Shown here: positions 55,592 to 64,000 of the stretch, piece by piece
Numbering within the stretch: position 1 is the first letter of the stretch
Layout: each line of letters starts with the position of its first letter
Position numbers and translations under genes: made by a program
NCBI GenBank assembly: GCA_030425645.1
Contig: JAUHZK010000007.1
Coordinates: forward strand, 91,116 to 155,115
Reading direction: 5' to 3'
Length of the DNA stretch: 64,000 nt
Source: Gammaproteobacteria bacterium
Lineage (GTDB): Bacteria; Pseudomonadota; Gammaproteobacteria; JAPPPA01
Notes under the pieces: generated by a model
The model's database searches: none
Seen by the model: only the letters and a program-made list of their open reading frames with translations
Told to the model about the DNA's origin: nothing

Positions 55592-56929
55592 CTAGCTATT
55601 GGAGATGTGTTGCTGATTAATTCGGCGCTGGGCAAGCGTCATGGCCACCACAAAACAGGTAAAGCCAAACGCATGACCTCCGGGAATCACCATGTCCGAC
55701 TGCACAATTGATTGCGCCGAAAAAATAATCAGACAGGGGATATATAAAGGGTGAAGCTGGATGACGGCCGGGTTCATCAACTTCTTGAATATTGGCGTCA
55801 CTAACATTTTCAGAAAAATGGCATAAATCAGAATGGTGCCTGCCCAGCCGCAGGCAATGAGGATTTCGTAGAACGATCCATGCGTATTACCAATACGATC
55901 AACGTGCAAGCCCTGGTGACGGAGACTACCGATTTCGACCAAAGGTAAGTTCTGAAAGTGCACTTTAAAACCGGAGATGTAACCCAAACCTAGCGGGTAT
56001 TGCTCGACGGTTTCCTTCACCCAGTTCCAAATCAAGGTGCGTTGCGACAACGTTGACAAGGAAACGTCTGAATCCCGAGTCAAATAGGAAATCATCTGAT
56101 CAGAATAGAATGTCACCACCAAAATAGCTGCCGGTGCCGCCACCAACATCAAGGCAGCCAAAAAACCGACATTAATGCGCCGCAGGCGATAAGCATGCGC
56201 CGCAAACACAAAGTAAGCCGCCAACATAAAGGCGATAACAAAGTCCGTCCTAAGCTCGGCGATTTTGATGCAGAACATGGCATAGGTTGCCAAGGCCACA
56301 CCAATCACTAAACGATTTTTGTTAATCCCAAGATGTAGCGCGTACATCAACATAATAGAGCCAGCCAAGGACATTTGACCGATGTTATTACCCCGAATAC
56401 GCAGCATGCCTTGGCTATAAACCGAAGCCGCCTTGGGATCTATCGAATAAGCGATAAGCACCAAGAGCGAGATGGCAAAGTTAATAAAAAACAGCATTTT
56501 GAATAACTCGTCCATGCCATTCGGATGCCTAGCAGCGTAGCGAGAGGCCCAGACTCCGCAAGCAAAACCCACGCTCATCATTGACGCAAACGCCAACGTC
56601 ACCTGCGCGCTCGGGGCATATAAAAATGTCAGCCCCAATAGCAACGGAATCATAAACAAAGCAACAACGGAGGCACTCATGCGATCTAGCACCAAACGCC
56701 CACGCTGCATGCTAAAAAACGCCCACAACACCAAAGCAAAGGCGGCGCCATATGCCCCAAGCTTTAGGAAAGTACCGCCATCGTAAGACCCTTGAATAAC
56801 CGACAAGGTGCTGCGGTGGTAACCCCAGCGCCACACCGGCGGCCCACTCATAATAATAAGCAACGGAAAATACGGGCTCTTAAGAAAGTTCACCACTTTC
56901 TCTTTGCTTAGCCCATGTCTAATAATCAT
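55592..56929 (-). CDS. O-antigen polymerase/ligase (Wzy_C) family membrane protein
   Basis: Many TMs, TLSQR..IW, PLGLG, THGSFYEIL...GWAG. Confidence 0.75.
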   Translation of the reverse strand: MIIRHGLSKEKVVNFLKSPYFPLLIIMSGPPVWRWGYHRSTLSVIQGSYDGGTFLKLGAYGAAFALVLWAFFSMQRGRLVLDRMSASVVALFMIPLLLGLTFLYAPSAQVTLAFASMMSVGFACGVWASRYAARHPNGMDELFKMLFFINFAISLLVLIAYSIDPKAASVYSQGMLRIRGNNIGQMSLAGSIMLMYALHLGINKNRLVIGVALATYAMFCIKIAELRTDFVIAFMLAAYFVFAAHAYRLRRINVGFLAALMLVAAPAAILVVTFYSDQMISYLTRDSDVSLSTLSQRTLIWNWVKETVEQYPLGLGYISGFKVHFQNLPLVEIGSLRHQGLHVDRIGNTHGSFYEILIACGWAGTILIYAIFLKMLVTPIFKKLMNPAVIQLHPLYIPCLIIFSAQSIVQSDMVIPGGHAFGFTCFVVAMTLAQRRINQQHISNS

Positions 56930-56951
56930 CTAGCAATCCCCACCTGCTAAT

Positions 56952-58073
56952 TTATTGCACTTGCCGTTGATCTAGTTTTGCCGCAATGCGTTTACCCAGC
57001 CGCATGCCTGGCATTTCCACCCAGCGGTATGTCACCGCGGAAAATAACAACACCCCAACCAACATCAAGACCGCGAATAGGTTATTGATTAGCAGCGCAC
57101 CAAAGTCAAAATAACGCTGCTCTTCTAGCATTTTGGTAAACCCCAACCCGAGCCATTTTTCCGCCACCAGAAACGTCGATGTGACAATCAAAATAACCGA
57201 GTAATGGGTCAGATAAATAGAGTAAGACAGCTGTCCAAGGCGGGCAAAAAATGGCGTTTTCAGAAGCCTAGATACGCTGCCACCTTCAAACGATAACACC
57301 AGCACCACAAGACAGAAAACGAATACCCAATAAGCAGCCACGGTCTTCTCTTGGTCAACTCGAGACATCAGCCCAATAGCTAATGCCACAACCACCAACT
57401 CCAACCAAGGCAACAACCGCTTTCTTTGCGAGAACCACGTCGCAACATAGCGATAGGCTGCATAAGCTAAGGCACCCGAGAAGAAACATAGTCCACCTCG
57501 ATTCACAGAATGTGGAAGTGAGCGATGCGTGGTTAATAGCCAATACATCATCAAAACCGCCACCAAGGCCCACAGCCAAACCCGCAGCTTAGACGGCAGT
57601 AGCAAGGTCACCGCAAACATTAAGTAAATGTAGTACTCAACGCTGATACTCCACGCCGGGAAATTAAACGACAACGAATCGAACTGCGGCTGCCATGTTT
57701 GCACTAGAAAGAGATTGGGCAATATCTGCGAATAATCATTGCGACCAGTAAATGGCGGATTATTGAAATCTATACCACGGTGATAAGCCCATAATTTGGC
57801 CAGCTCAATGGCTAACACCACTCCTAACATCGTGGCGTGCAGCGGCCACAAGCGGAAAGTTCTTGCCAACCAAAATCGAGAAACCCGAAATTGTTGCCGA
57901 TAAGCGTAACCGTGCGCGATGACAAAACCGCTGAGCACAAAAAACAACTCTACAAATAGGTAGCTATTGGCAAAAAATGTCCACTCGGTAAAACCGTTGA
58001 CCACATTTAAATGATGCACCACCACGCAAAGCGCACTCACACCTCTGAGTCCATCAAGTGCGTCAAAGCGCAT
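56952..58073 (-). CDS. Acyltransferase-3 (OafA/YrhL-like) polysaccharide O-acyltransferase
   Basis: RFDALDGLRG, VELFFVLSGFVI, WSISVE, LGQLSYSIYLTH. Start may be 58073 or 58133. Confidence 0.9.
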   Translation of the reverse strand: MRFDALDGLRGVSALCVVVHHLNVVNGFTEWTFFANSYLFVELFFVLSGFVIAHGYAYRQQFRVSRFWLARTFRLWPLHATMLGVVLAIELAKLWAYHRGIDFNNPPFTGRNDYSQILPNLFLVQTWQPQFDSLSFNFPAWSISVEYYIYLMFAVTLLLPSKLRVWLWALVAVLMMYWLLTTHRSLPHSVNRGGLCFFSGALAYAAYRYVATWFSQRKRLLPWLELVVVALAIGLMSRVDQEKTVAAYWVFVFCLVVLVLSFEGGSVSRLLKTPFFARLGQLSYSIYLTHYSVILIVTSTFLVAEKWLGLGFTKMLEEQRYFDFGALLINNLFAVLMLVGVLLFSAVTYRWVEMPGMRLGKRIAAKLDQRQVQ

Positions 58074-58281
58074 CGCCGGAGATGCGCCAGCAGTACTCGC
58101 TAGCGAATGATTTATTGGAAGTTCCTCACGCAAAACCTGATGTAGAGAGTTACATCAGGCGAATTGCCAACCCGCTCAAAGAGCTTTCTCTACGGCGGCC
58201 AGTTTATTATTGACTGCGCTTATCTTAGCTCAAAAGAGCCTATAATAGGCATTCGAAAAAGACCAAAAACAGGCGGCGAAA

Positions 58282-59472
58282 TTGAGACATATCACTCCCT
58301 TGCTAGTGACGCTAGCGAAGCTCATCGACGTCGTACTGAAATTGCTTATTCCTCCCGCGCAACGCCAAATCTGCTACAACTCGTCACCTGACTACAGCGA
58401 CAACAGCTACCACCTTTATCAGTACTGCCTGACACATCGCAGCGACATCAAACACGTCTGGATAGTCGACAACGTCGCAATTGCCGAGCGTATTCAGCGC
58501 GAGTTCAAAGCCGGAAACTATCCTTCACATCAACTTCAGGTGGTGCGCAAAGCTAGCGTGGCTGGCTATTTGGCCTACTTGCGTAGCCGCGTCTGCGTAC
58601 ATACGCACGGACTCTATTACTTTTCACGCTGGGCCTTTCGTCGCCAAACCATCAGCCTTTGGCACGGCATGCCGATTAAAGTAGTAGGCCAGCTTAACCT
58701 TGACCGACCCAACAAAAAGCCCACCTTCGGCAGCAGTTTTATCGCCTCATCCAGTTTTTTCCAACCGATTATTGCCTGCTGTTTTGGCGCAGCAGCCAAG
58801 CAAGTTTTGAACTGCTACCAACCCCGTTGCGACCTACTCCACTCACCCGAGTTAAGGGAATATAGCGACCAACGGATCCGCCAGAAAATCGGCCTCAATG
58901 CCGACCAACGCTTCCTGCTATGGATGCCGACATACCGCACCGAGATCGAACACCAGCTAGCCCCCGGCGAGACCGCTAGAACGTTTCTCGACGACCTACC
59001 AACGGGCCTATTCGACGCCCTGCTTGAGTCCGCTGCACAGCAGCGTTATAGCGTAGTCCTGAAACTCCACCCTTACGATCGCCTCAATCAAGTCGACTTC
59101 CCTATCCAACACCCCAATCTGACGGTAATTACTGCCAGCGAGTGGGCCGCAATGGAAACACCACTATACGAACTTGTGGCCAGCTCAAGCGCATTGATGA
59201 CTGATGTTTCGTCGGTGATGATCGATTACCTAATCAGCAACAAGCCCATCGGAGTGATTGGGTTTGACCCGCAAAGCTACACGCGTGATGTCATTTTTCC
59301 ACCGCAGTGGCTACTCGGCTGCGAGCAGGTCTTTGCCATTAATGAGGGGAGTGATTGCGAAAACCTATTCAGCGCGGATAGCAACACAGAAACAGATCGC
59401 TTTGCAGCTATCTTCAATGCCAAGCACAGCATTGCTGGATCCGAGCAGATACTGACGCACTGCGAGCTATAA
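58282..59472 (+). CDS. CDP-glycerol glycerophosphotransferase (TagF/TagB-like)
   Basis: YSDN, LWHGMPIK, PRCD, LWMPTYR, KLHP, LMTDVSSV.IDY. Confidence 0.85.
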   Translation: MRHITPLLVTLAKLIDVVLKLLIPPAQRQICYNSSPDYSDNSYHLYQYCLTHRSDIKHVWIVDNVAIAERIQREFKAGNYPSHQLQVVRKASVAGYLAYLRSRVCVHTHGLYYFSRWAFRRQTISLWHGMPIKVVGQLNLDRPNKKPTFGSSFIASSSFFQPIIACCFGAAAKQVLNCYQPRCDLLHSPELREYSDQRIRQKIGLNADQRFLLWMPTYRTEIEHQLAPGETARTFLDDLPTGLFDALLESAAQQRYSVVLKLHPYDRLNQVDFPIQHPNLTVITASEWAAMETPLYELVASSSALMTDVSSVMIDYLISNKPIGVIGFDPQSYTRDVIFPPQWLLGCEQVFAINEGSDCENLFSADSNTETDRFAAIFNAKHSIAGSEQILTHCEL

Positions 59473-59476
59473 GCGC

Positions 59477-60475
59477 CTAGGGATGTCGCTTGATTGGGCG
59501 CCAGCGCGGCCACAAATGCCAGCCCCAAGTTAGCCAAACTCGCAATAACAAAACAACGGCCTTAGGCTGAGCGGCGCGCGTTGCCAATAAACGCGGCAAC
59601 ACGGGCACTCGGCGCTTTATCCAACCCATCAGCGTTTTCTGTGGGTACTCCGGTTGCTCCCAACCAGCCGCACGGCGATAGGCTAAGTACGCGCGCTTAT
59701 AGGGATGGCAACTTTCATATAACCACGGCTTCATACGCGTGAAATGAACAACACGCGGCCGACGAAACGCATCTCGGAACGCGTCGTAGCCGTGCACCCG
59801 AACCGCCTCTTCAAAATTAAAGTAGGCACCGGTGGTCATATTCCATTCAAGCTTTAGCGGCAGATAGTTACCGGCGAACGCGGGGTTAAACACATCTTGG
59901 TCAGCAAACATGATGGTATCGCCGTGTTCAGCAATAAGCGCTTGAAAACGAGCCTCGACCTGCTCCGCGCGCATCTGCGCTAGGTTCAACAACATCACAC
60001 CGGTATTAAAATATTGGCCGCGGTCGCCCTGCATACCTAGCGCCGCCGGGTGCTGCCATTGCGACGGCGTTAAGGCATTCGGTATCGCCGCCAGCGGCTT
60101 ACCAGCTAGGTCTTGCTTCCAAATCGGTAACAGCGAATCGAGTACCAACAAGTCAGCATCAAGCCATAACACGCGCTCAACATTTGGTAACAGCGAGGGC
60201 AAAAATAAACGGTACCAAGCTTCTTCACAGTAGGTATCGGATAGTGGTAATTCCGCCACCCGCTCCGCCGCCACCCTGACCGGGAAAAACTCAGCTCCAT
60301 ATTTCTCGCACTGCCGCCTTAAAGGTTGCAATGCCTCGGCATTAAGCCGCTGCGAGTGCACAAAATAGAACTCGATCTTTATGTCGCTATGATTGGCAAA
60401 CAGCGATTCAAGCATGGCGCCAACATGCGGTAGGTATCGCTCATCGGCTGAACTTACAACTGCCAGCGTGGTCAT
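59477..60475 (-). CDS. Glycosyltransferase family 8
   Basis: WYRL, RVLWLDAD, YFNTGVMLLN, DQDVFN, VHF..KPW. Start ATG 60475. Confidence 0.9.
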   Translation of the reverse strand: MTTLAVVSSADERYLPHVGAMLESLFANHSDIKIEFYFVHSQRLNAEALQPLRRQCEKYGAEFFPVRVAAERVAELPLSDTYCEEAWYRLFLPSLLPNVERVLWLDADLLVLDSLLPIWKQDLAGKPLAAIPNALTPSQWQHPAALGMQGDRGQYFNTGVMLLNLAQMRAEQVEARFQALIAEHGDTIMFADQDVFNPAFAGNYLPLKLEWNMTTGAYFNFEEAVRVHGYDAFRDAFRRPRVVHFTRMKPWLYESCHPYKRAYLAYRRAAGWEQPEYPQKTLMGWIKRRVPVLPRLLATRAAQPKAVVLLLRVWLTWGWHLWPRWRPIKRHP

Positions 60476-60483
60476 GCTGCCAA

Positions 60484-61440
60484 CTACCAACGAATCCAAT
60501 AAGACTTGGCGACAGCCCATTGCCGCTTCGCCAGCGCTCTTAAAAACTCACGCAGCCGCAGCGGCAAGTGCCGAATAACACTATGCTTAAACGGTTTACT
60601 GTCATAGTTTGGAAGACCAAAGCCAGCCGCTTGCCGATGCTGTAAATACACATCGCGATAAGGGTGACTACACTGATAGGACCAAGGTTTCTTAGCGGCC
60701 CGGCCAGTGAAATGCACGATGGCTGGTTGCTGCCGTGCCTCGCGATACTCATCAAGGCCGTGAACGCGTTTTGTTTCCGGCACGTTGATATATGAGTGGG
60801 TTAGGAAATTCCACTTTAACGGCAGGCGCTTATAGCTTTGGTGATAAACGCAATTGAGCACATCTTGGTCAGCAAAATGAATCCACTGTTGATAAGTCAG
60901 AGCCGCTTGGCGCAAGCTTTTGTCTGACTCTTGCTCACGCATTTTCTTCATGTTCATGAGCAAGACACCGGTATTAAAATACTTGTGTCGCTCACTAACG
61001 CCTAATTGCGCCACGTCGTCTTTGGCGCTGTATAGCAATGCGTTAGGGCAAGCAGCCAAACTATATTCGCCCAACTCAGTTTGCCAAAGCGGTTCGATGT
61101 CTTGCAGCACGATGGTATCGGCGTCGAGCCACAAGGCGCGATCAACATCCGCCATGACTTGGGCTAAAACCAATCGGTACCAAGCTTCTTCGATATACCA
61201 GCCCCCCACCGGCAAACCTTCAAGGAATCCGGTTTGTACGGCCGCCGGACGAAATTCAGCGGCGTGCTGCTCGCAGAGTAGCCGCAACGGTTGCAGCTCT
61301 TCTACTGGCAAGCTAGTGCGGTGCATAAAGTGCACCACAAAGGGCGACTTAGGCGAAGCGCTAAATAACGAGTGCAGCATGGCGCCGACATGGGGAATAT
61401 AGGCCCCATTAGCCGCGGTAACGACGTGAATAGCGCTCAT
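60484..61440 (-). CDS. Glycosyltransferase family 8
   Basis: WYRL, RALWLDAD, YFNTGVLLMN, DQDVLN, IVHFTG..KPW. Confidence 0.9.
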   Translation of the reverse strand: MSAIHVVTAANGAYIPHVGAMLHSLFSASPKSPFVVHFMHRTSLPVEELQPLRLLCEQHAAEFRPAAVQTGFLEGLPVGGWYIEEAWYRLVLAQVMADVDRALWLDADTIVLQDIEPLWQTELGEYSLAACPNALLYSAKDDVAQLGVSERHKYFNTGVLLMNMKKMREQESDKSLRQAALTYQQWIHFADQDVLNCVYHQSYKRLPLKWNFLTHSYINVPETKRVHGLDEYREARQQPAIVHFTGRAAKKPWSYQCSHPYRDVYLQHRQAAGFGLPNYDSKPFKHSVIRHLPLRLREFLRALAKRQWAVAKSYWIRW

Positions 61441-61615
61441 ATAATTCCCTCGCGCGATGTTACTTGGGACAACGCAGCCGCGACTAACACCGTCACGACC
61501 GGCTCCACACCCAGGAAAACATTCCTACGGCACGATGTAAAAAAGAGATTACCGAAGTCCATAATTCCCCGAACGTCAGACACGCACCCAGACAGCCGAT
61601 CTGAGGTTCGACAAC

Positions 61616-62011
61616 CTAACTAGCCTTGATTTTTTCAATGGTCACAGTGGTAGAGATCGCCGGAGTACGCGGCAAATAAATGACCTCGCAGATGTCACTT
61701 AACTCATCAAAACGGCCACGCCAGTCGTCGCCCATCACCAGCAAATCAGCCTTGTGCTCTCGCAAGTAGTCCGCTTTTTTCTCTAATGAGTCTTCATCGA
61801 AGACATGATCAACACAGCGCAAAGACTCGACAATCGCTTTGCGCTCATTCTCAGGGAAAATCGGCGCACGACCTTTTTTGGAAATATTCAAAGCGTCTGT
61901 CGAGACCCCAACCACTAGCCGATCACCGCATCCTTTGGCCCGCTGTAACAGCATTAGGTGGCCATAATGGAACACATCATAAGTGCCAAACGTAATCACA
62001 GTTTTCGCCAT
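61616..62011 (-). CDS. tagD: Glycerol-3-phosphate cytidylyltransferase-like
   Basis: TFGTYDVFHYGH, MGDDW.G.FD, RTPAISTT. Confidence 0.85.
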   Translation of the reverse strand: MAKTVITFGTYDVFHYGHLMLLQRAKGCGDRLVVGVSTDALNISKKGRAPIFPENERKAIVESLRCVDHVFDEDSLEKKADYLREHKADLLVMGDDWRGRFDELSDICEVIYLPRTPAISTTVTIEKIKAS

Positions 62012-62013
62012 GA

Positions 62014-62784
62014 TTAAGCCGCCTGTTGATTTCTAAAGGCGATCGTATCTCCACCGATTTGCTGCACGCGATACCCATGGCCTTGCAACATATCAAACGC
62101 CGATTTTAACTCTTCTTCATTTAGGTGTTTGTGTTCGAACAGCACGACGCTAGGTGCGTAACGCTCTAGGTCAACCTGTTTCAGCACATGGTAATCAAAG
62201 CCCTCGGTATCAATGTGAACCAGATCAATCTGCTCAACATTGTTCTTGTCAAAGATGTGCTGCAACGGCACACAGTCGATATCCACTTCTTGGATATACG
62301 GCTCCAGCACACCGTCCAAATGTTTGAGAATGTGGTTACGATCAAAAGAAGCTAGTTGGTCATACCACGTAGGCAGCTGGTCACCCAAGGCCTTCTTGGC
62401 ATCTTCAGCAACGTAGTAAAAGGTCTTGGTTTCAAAGTCTTCGCCAATCGCGAGTTGCTCAAAACGGAACTTGTCAGATAGTCCGTAGTTGTCCTGCAAA
62501 CGCGCAAACGCATAAGGCACTGGTTCAACAAACACGCCACTCCAGTTACCACGCTGTTTGATTAGCATATTGATCGGATCACCGGAGCGACCATCATTAG
62601 AGCCAACCTGCACAAACCTTACCGGACGAGTATGTGGAAACACCGTCTCAATATGCTCAGTAGGACTCAGCGGTTTGTTAGCTCGTTTCTTACGAGCAAT
62701 ACGAATACGACGTTGCGCTTCATATAAGGCCGGAAATTTTAAAAGAAGCGCCTTCAATACAGACTTAACAGATGAGGGAATCAA
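62014..62784 (-). CDS. FkbM-family methyltransferase
   Basis: FVQVGSNDG..GDP, VFVEP, IDLVHIDTEGFDY.VL. Confidence 0.88.
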   Translation of the reverse strand: MIPSSVKSVLKALLLKFPALYEAQRRIRIARKKRANKPLSPTEHIETVFPHTRPVRFVQVGSNDGRSGDPINMLIKQRGNWSGVFVEPVPYAFARLQDNYGLSDKFRFEQLAIGEDFETKTFYYVAEDAKKALGDQLPTWYDQLASFDRNHILKHLDGVLEPYIQEVDIDCVPLQHIFDKNNVEQIDLVHIDTEGFDYHVLKQVDLERYAPSVVLFEHKHLNEEELKSAFDMLQGHGYRVQQIGGDTIAFRNQQAA

Positions 62785-62952
62785 TGTGCCTCCGCGGCTG
62801 CTTGTGAAACCAAGCGATAGTAGTAATTGGTAAGCTAAGCATAATACTGAGCAACGGGCACGGGCTCAAGGAGGCGTTGCACAGACTTTGCAGCCCTATG
62901 CGTAATGTGCATACTTGCTCCCCCATATATTCGCCAAGCTACACGCCGACAA

Positions 62953-64000
62953 ATGTTCCAAACACTAAAACAACTAAACTTTTTGTTCTTTCAAGGAAAA
63001 AAAAAAGAACTAGTCAGCTTAGTTGCGATAATAACGCTCATGGCGTTGACACAGGTCGTCAGCATTGGCCTGATCATGCCATTCGTCACGTTAATTTTTA
63101 ATCCTGAGCCACTTGCCACGTCCCCCATAATAGCCGAGCTTTACTCCCAGTTAGGCTTCAAGAATATTCAACTTTTTACTCTCGCCCTCGGCCTGTGTGT
63201 TCTTAGCATACTGTTGCTTGGCAACCTATTTGTAGCAACTTCCACGTGGCTAATTTCTAGATACACATGGCGTGCCCAGACTAAAATTTCCACGCGCACT
63301 CTAGAACGTTATTTAACGTTACCGTTTGACGAGTTTTCCCAGTTAAACACTGCCGTCATTCAGAAAAATGTCCTTTTCGAAACTGCTCAGGTGACCACCG
63401 GGGTTCTCTTGCCAGTATTGAACATCTTCGCGTTCGGTATCGTGGCAGCATTAATTGCCAGTTTTTTGGTATGGATAAACCCACTAGTAACACTCACTCT
63501 TGCAGCAACTCTTGGCTGCGGCTACCTTGTCTCATATTTAATAGTCCAACGACCAATGCAAAGGTCCGGAACAGAGCGTATTGCAGCCAACACCGAGCGC
63601 TACAAGGCCGTCAACGAGGCATTCGGCAGCATCAAAGAAGTTAAACTGCTAGAACTTGAACAAGCATTTTCTGATCGCTACACCCCGGCGGCAACTAAGT
63701 TTTCCAGTGCAAATACACTCTATACAACACTGTCCGAAGTACCTAAATATGCAATCGAAGCTATCGCCTTTGGGTTATTGATTGCCACCTTGCTTACATT
63801 GGTCTATCAACAATACGATATGCAGTCAGCACTTCCGATTGCCACCGCTTTTGCGGTCGGCGCTTTTCGCTTATTACCTGCATTACAGAAAATTTTTCAC
63901 TCGGTTAGCGCCACCCGGTTTAACAATGCCGCACTTGTGGCACTCTACGATGCCGTTAAAAACGACCGAGGCCACACGTCAGCACCCAAACAAGAAAGTC
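62953..64000 (+). CDS. ABC transporter (PglK-like polysaccharide flippase), 3'-truncated by window edge, not in ORF track
   Basis: Manual translation MFQTLKQLNFLFFQGKKKELVSLVAII...SIGLIMPF; later EAFGSIKEVKL, PKYAIE, AFRLLPALQ typical of this TMD family. Confidence 0.8.
   Translation, partial: MFQTLKQLNFLFFQGKKKELVSLVAIITLMALTQVVSIGLIMPFVTLIFNPEPLATSPIIAELYSQLGFKNIQLFTLALGLCVLSILLLGNLFVATSTWLISRYTWRAQTKISTRTLERYLTLPFDEFSQLNTAVIQKNVLFETAQVTTGVLLPVLNIFAFGIVAALIASFLVWINPLVTLTLAATLGCGYLVSYLIVQRPMQRSGTERIAANTERYKAVNEAFGSIKEVKLLELEQAFSDRYTPAATKFSSANTLYTTLSEVPKYAIEAIAFGLLIATLLTLVYQQYDMQSALPIATAFAVGAFRLLPALQKIFHSVSATRFNNAALVALYDAVKNDRGHTSAPKQES

Noticed and set aside
58136-58159. 9-bp inverted repeat CCTGATGTA/TACATCAGG
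   Set aside because: Single isolated hairpin in a divergent spacer with no second copy or U-tract; no function can be supported.
62810-62880. JUMPStart/ops element
   Set aside because: Only a partial ATTGGTAAGCT resemblance; the GGCGGTAG ops core is absent.
879-63101. Numerous 60-190 aa ORFs antisense to or in alternate frames of confident genes
   Set aside because: Shadow ORFs with no RBS or motif support; only the nested 24249-24605 ORF had independent evidence.

Overview
Window from a probable marine gammaproteobacterial chromosome (inferred from gene order; no taxonomy check possible). From left to right it contains: (i) a c-di-GMP enzyme, dusA, and a DUF2946-like CxxC/RAPP leader gene in front of a Met/His-rich outer-membrane protein; (ii) a ~16 kb photo-oxidative-stress cluster (MerR regulator, renalase-like flavoprotein, UfaD/UfaO/UfaM-like lipid-modifying trio, photolyase, CsgA-like SDR, unannotated DUF2256, FadE, TIGR01777, DUF3833, chalcone-isomerase-like protein, MFS) that ends in a candidate three-hairpin sRNA with an anti-Shine-Dalgarno loop; (iii) a ~7.4 kb integrative mobilizable element in the 3' end of tRNA-Lys(UUU), bounded by 51-bp direct repeats. 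It carries integrase, a DUF4224/Xis-like gene, MobC, a relaxase with a nested mobB-like gene and a degenerate primase-like tail, a RepL-like gene and orphan cargo. Three near-identical palindrome+sigma70 promoter modules sit in it, with no obvious cognate regulator; (iv) core genes queC-queE-cpoB-pal-tolBARQ-ybgC-ruvBAC, relA and lpdA-sucB-sucA; (v) the start of a mixed-orientation surface polysaccharide locus with teichoic-acid-like (TagA/TagD/TagF-like) genes. Family assignments come from motif recognition by eye, not from database searches.
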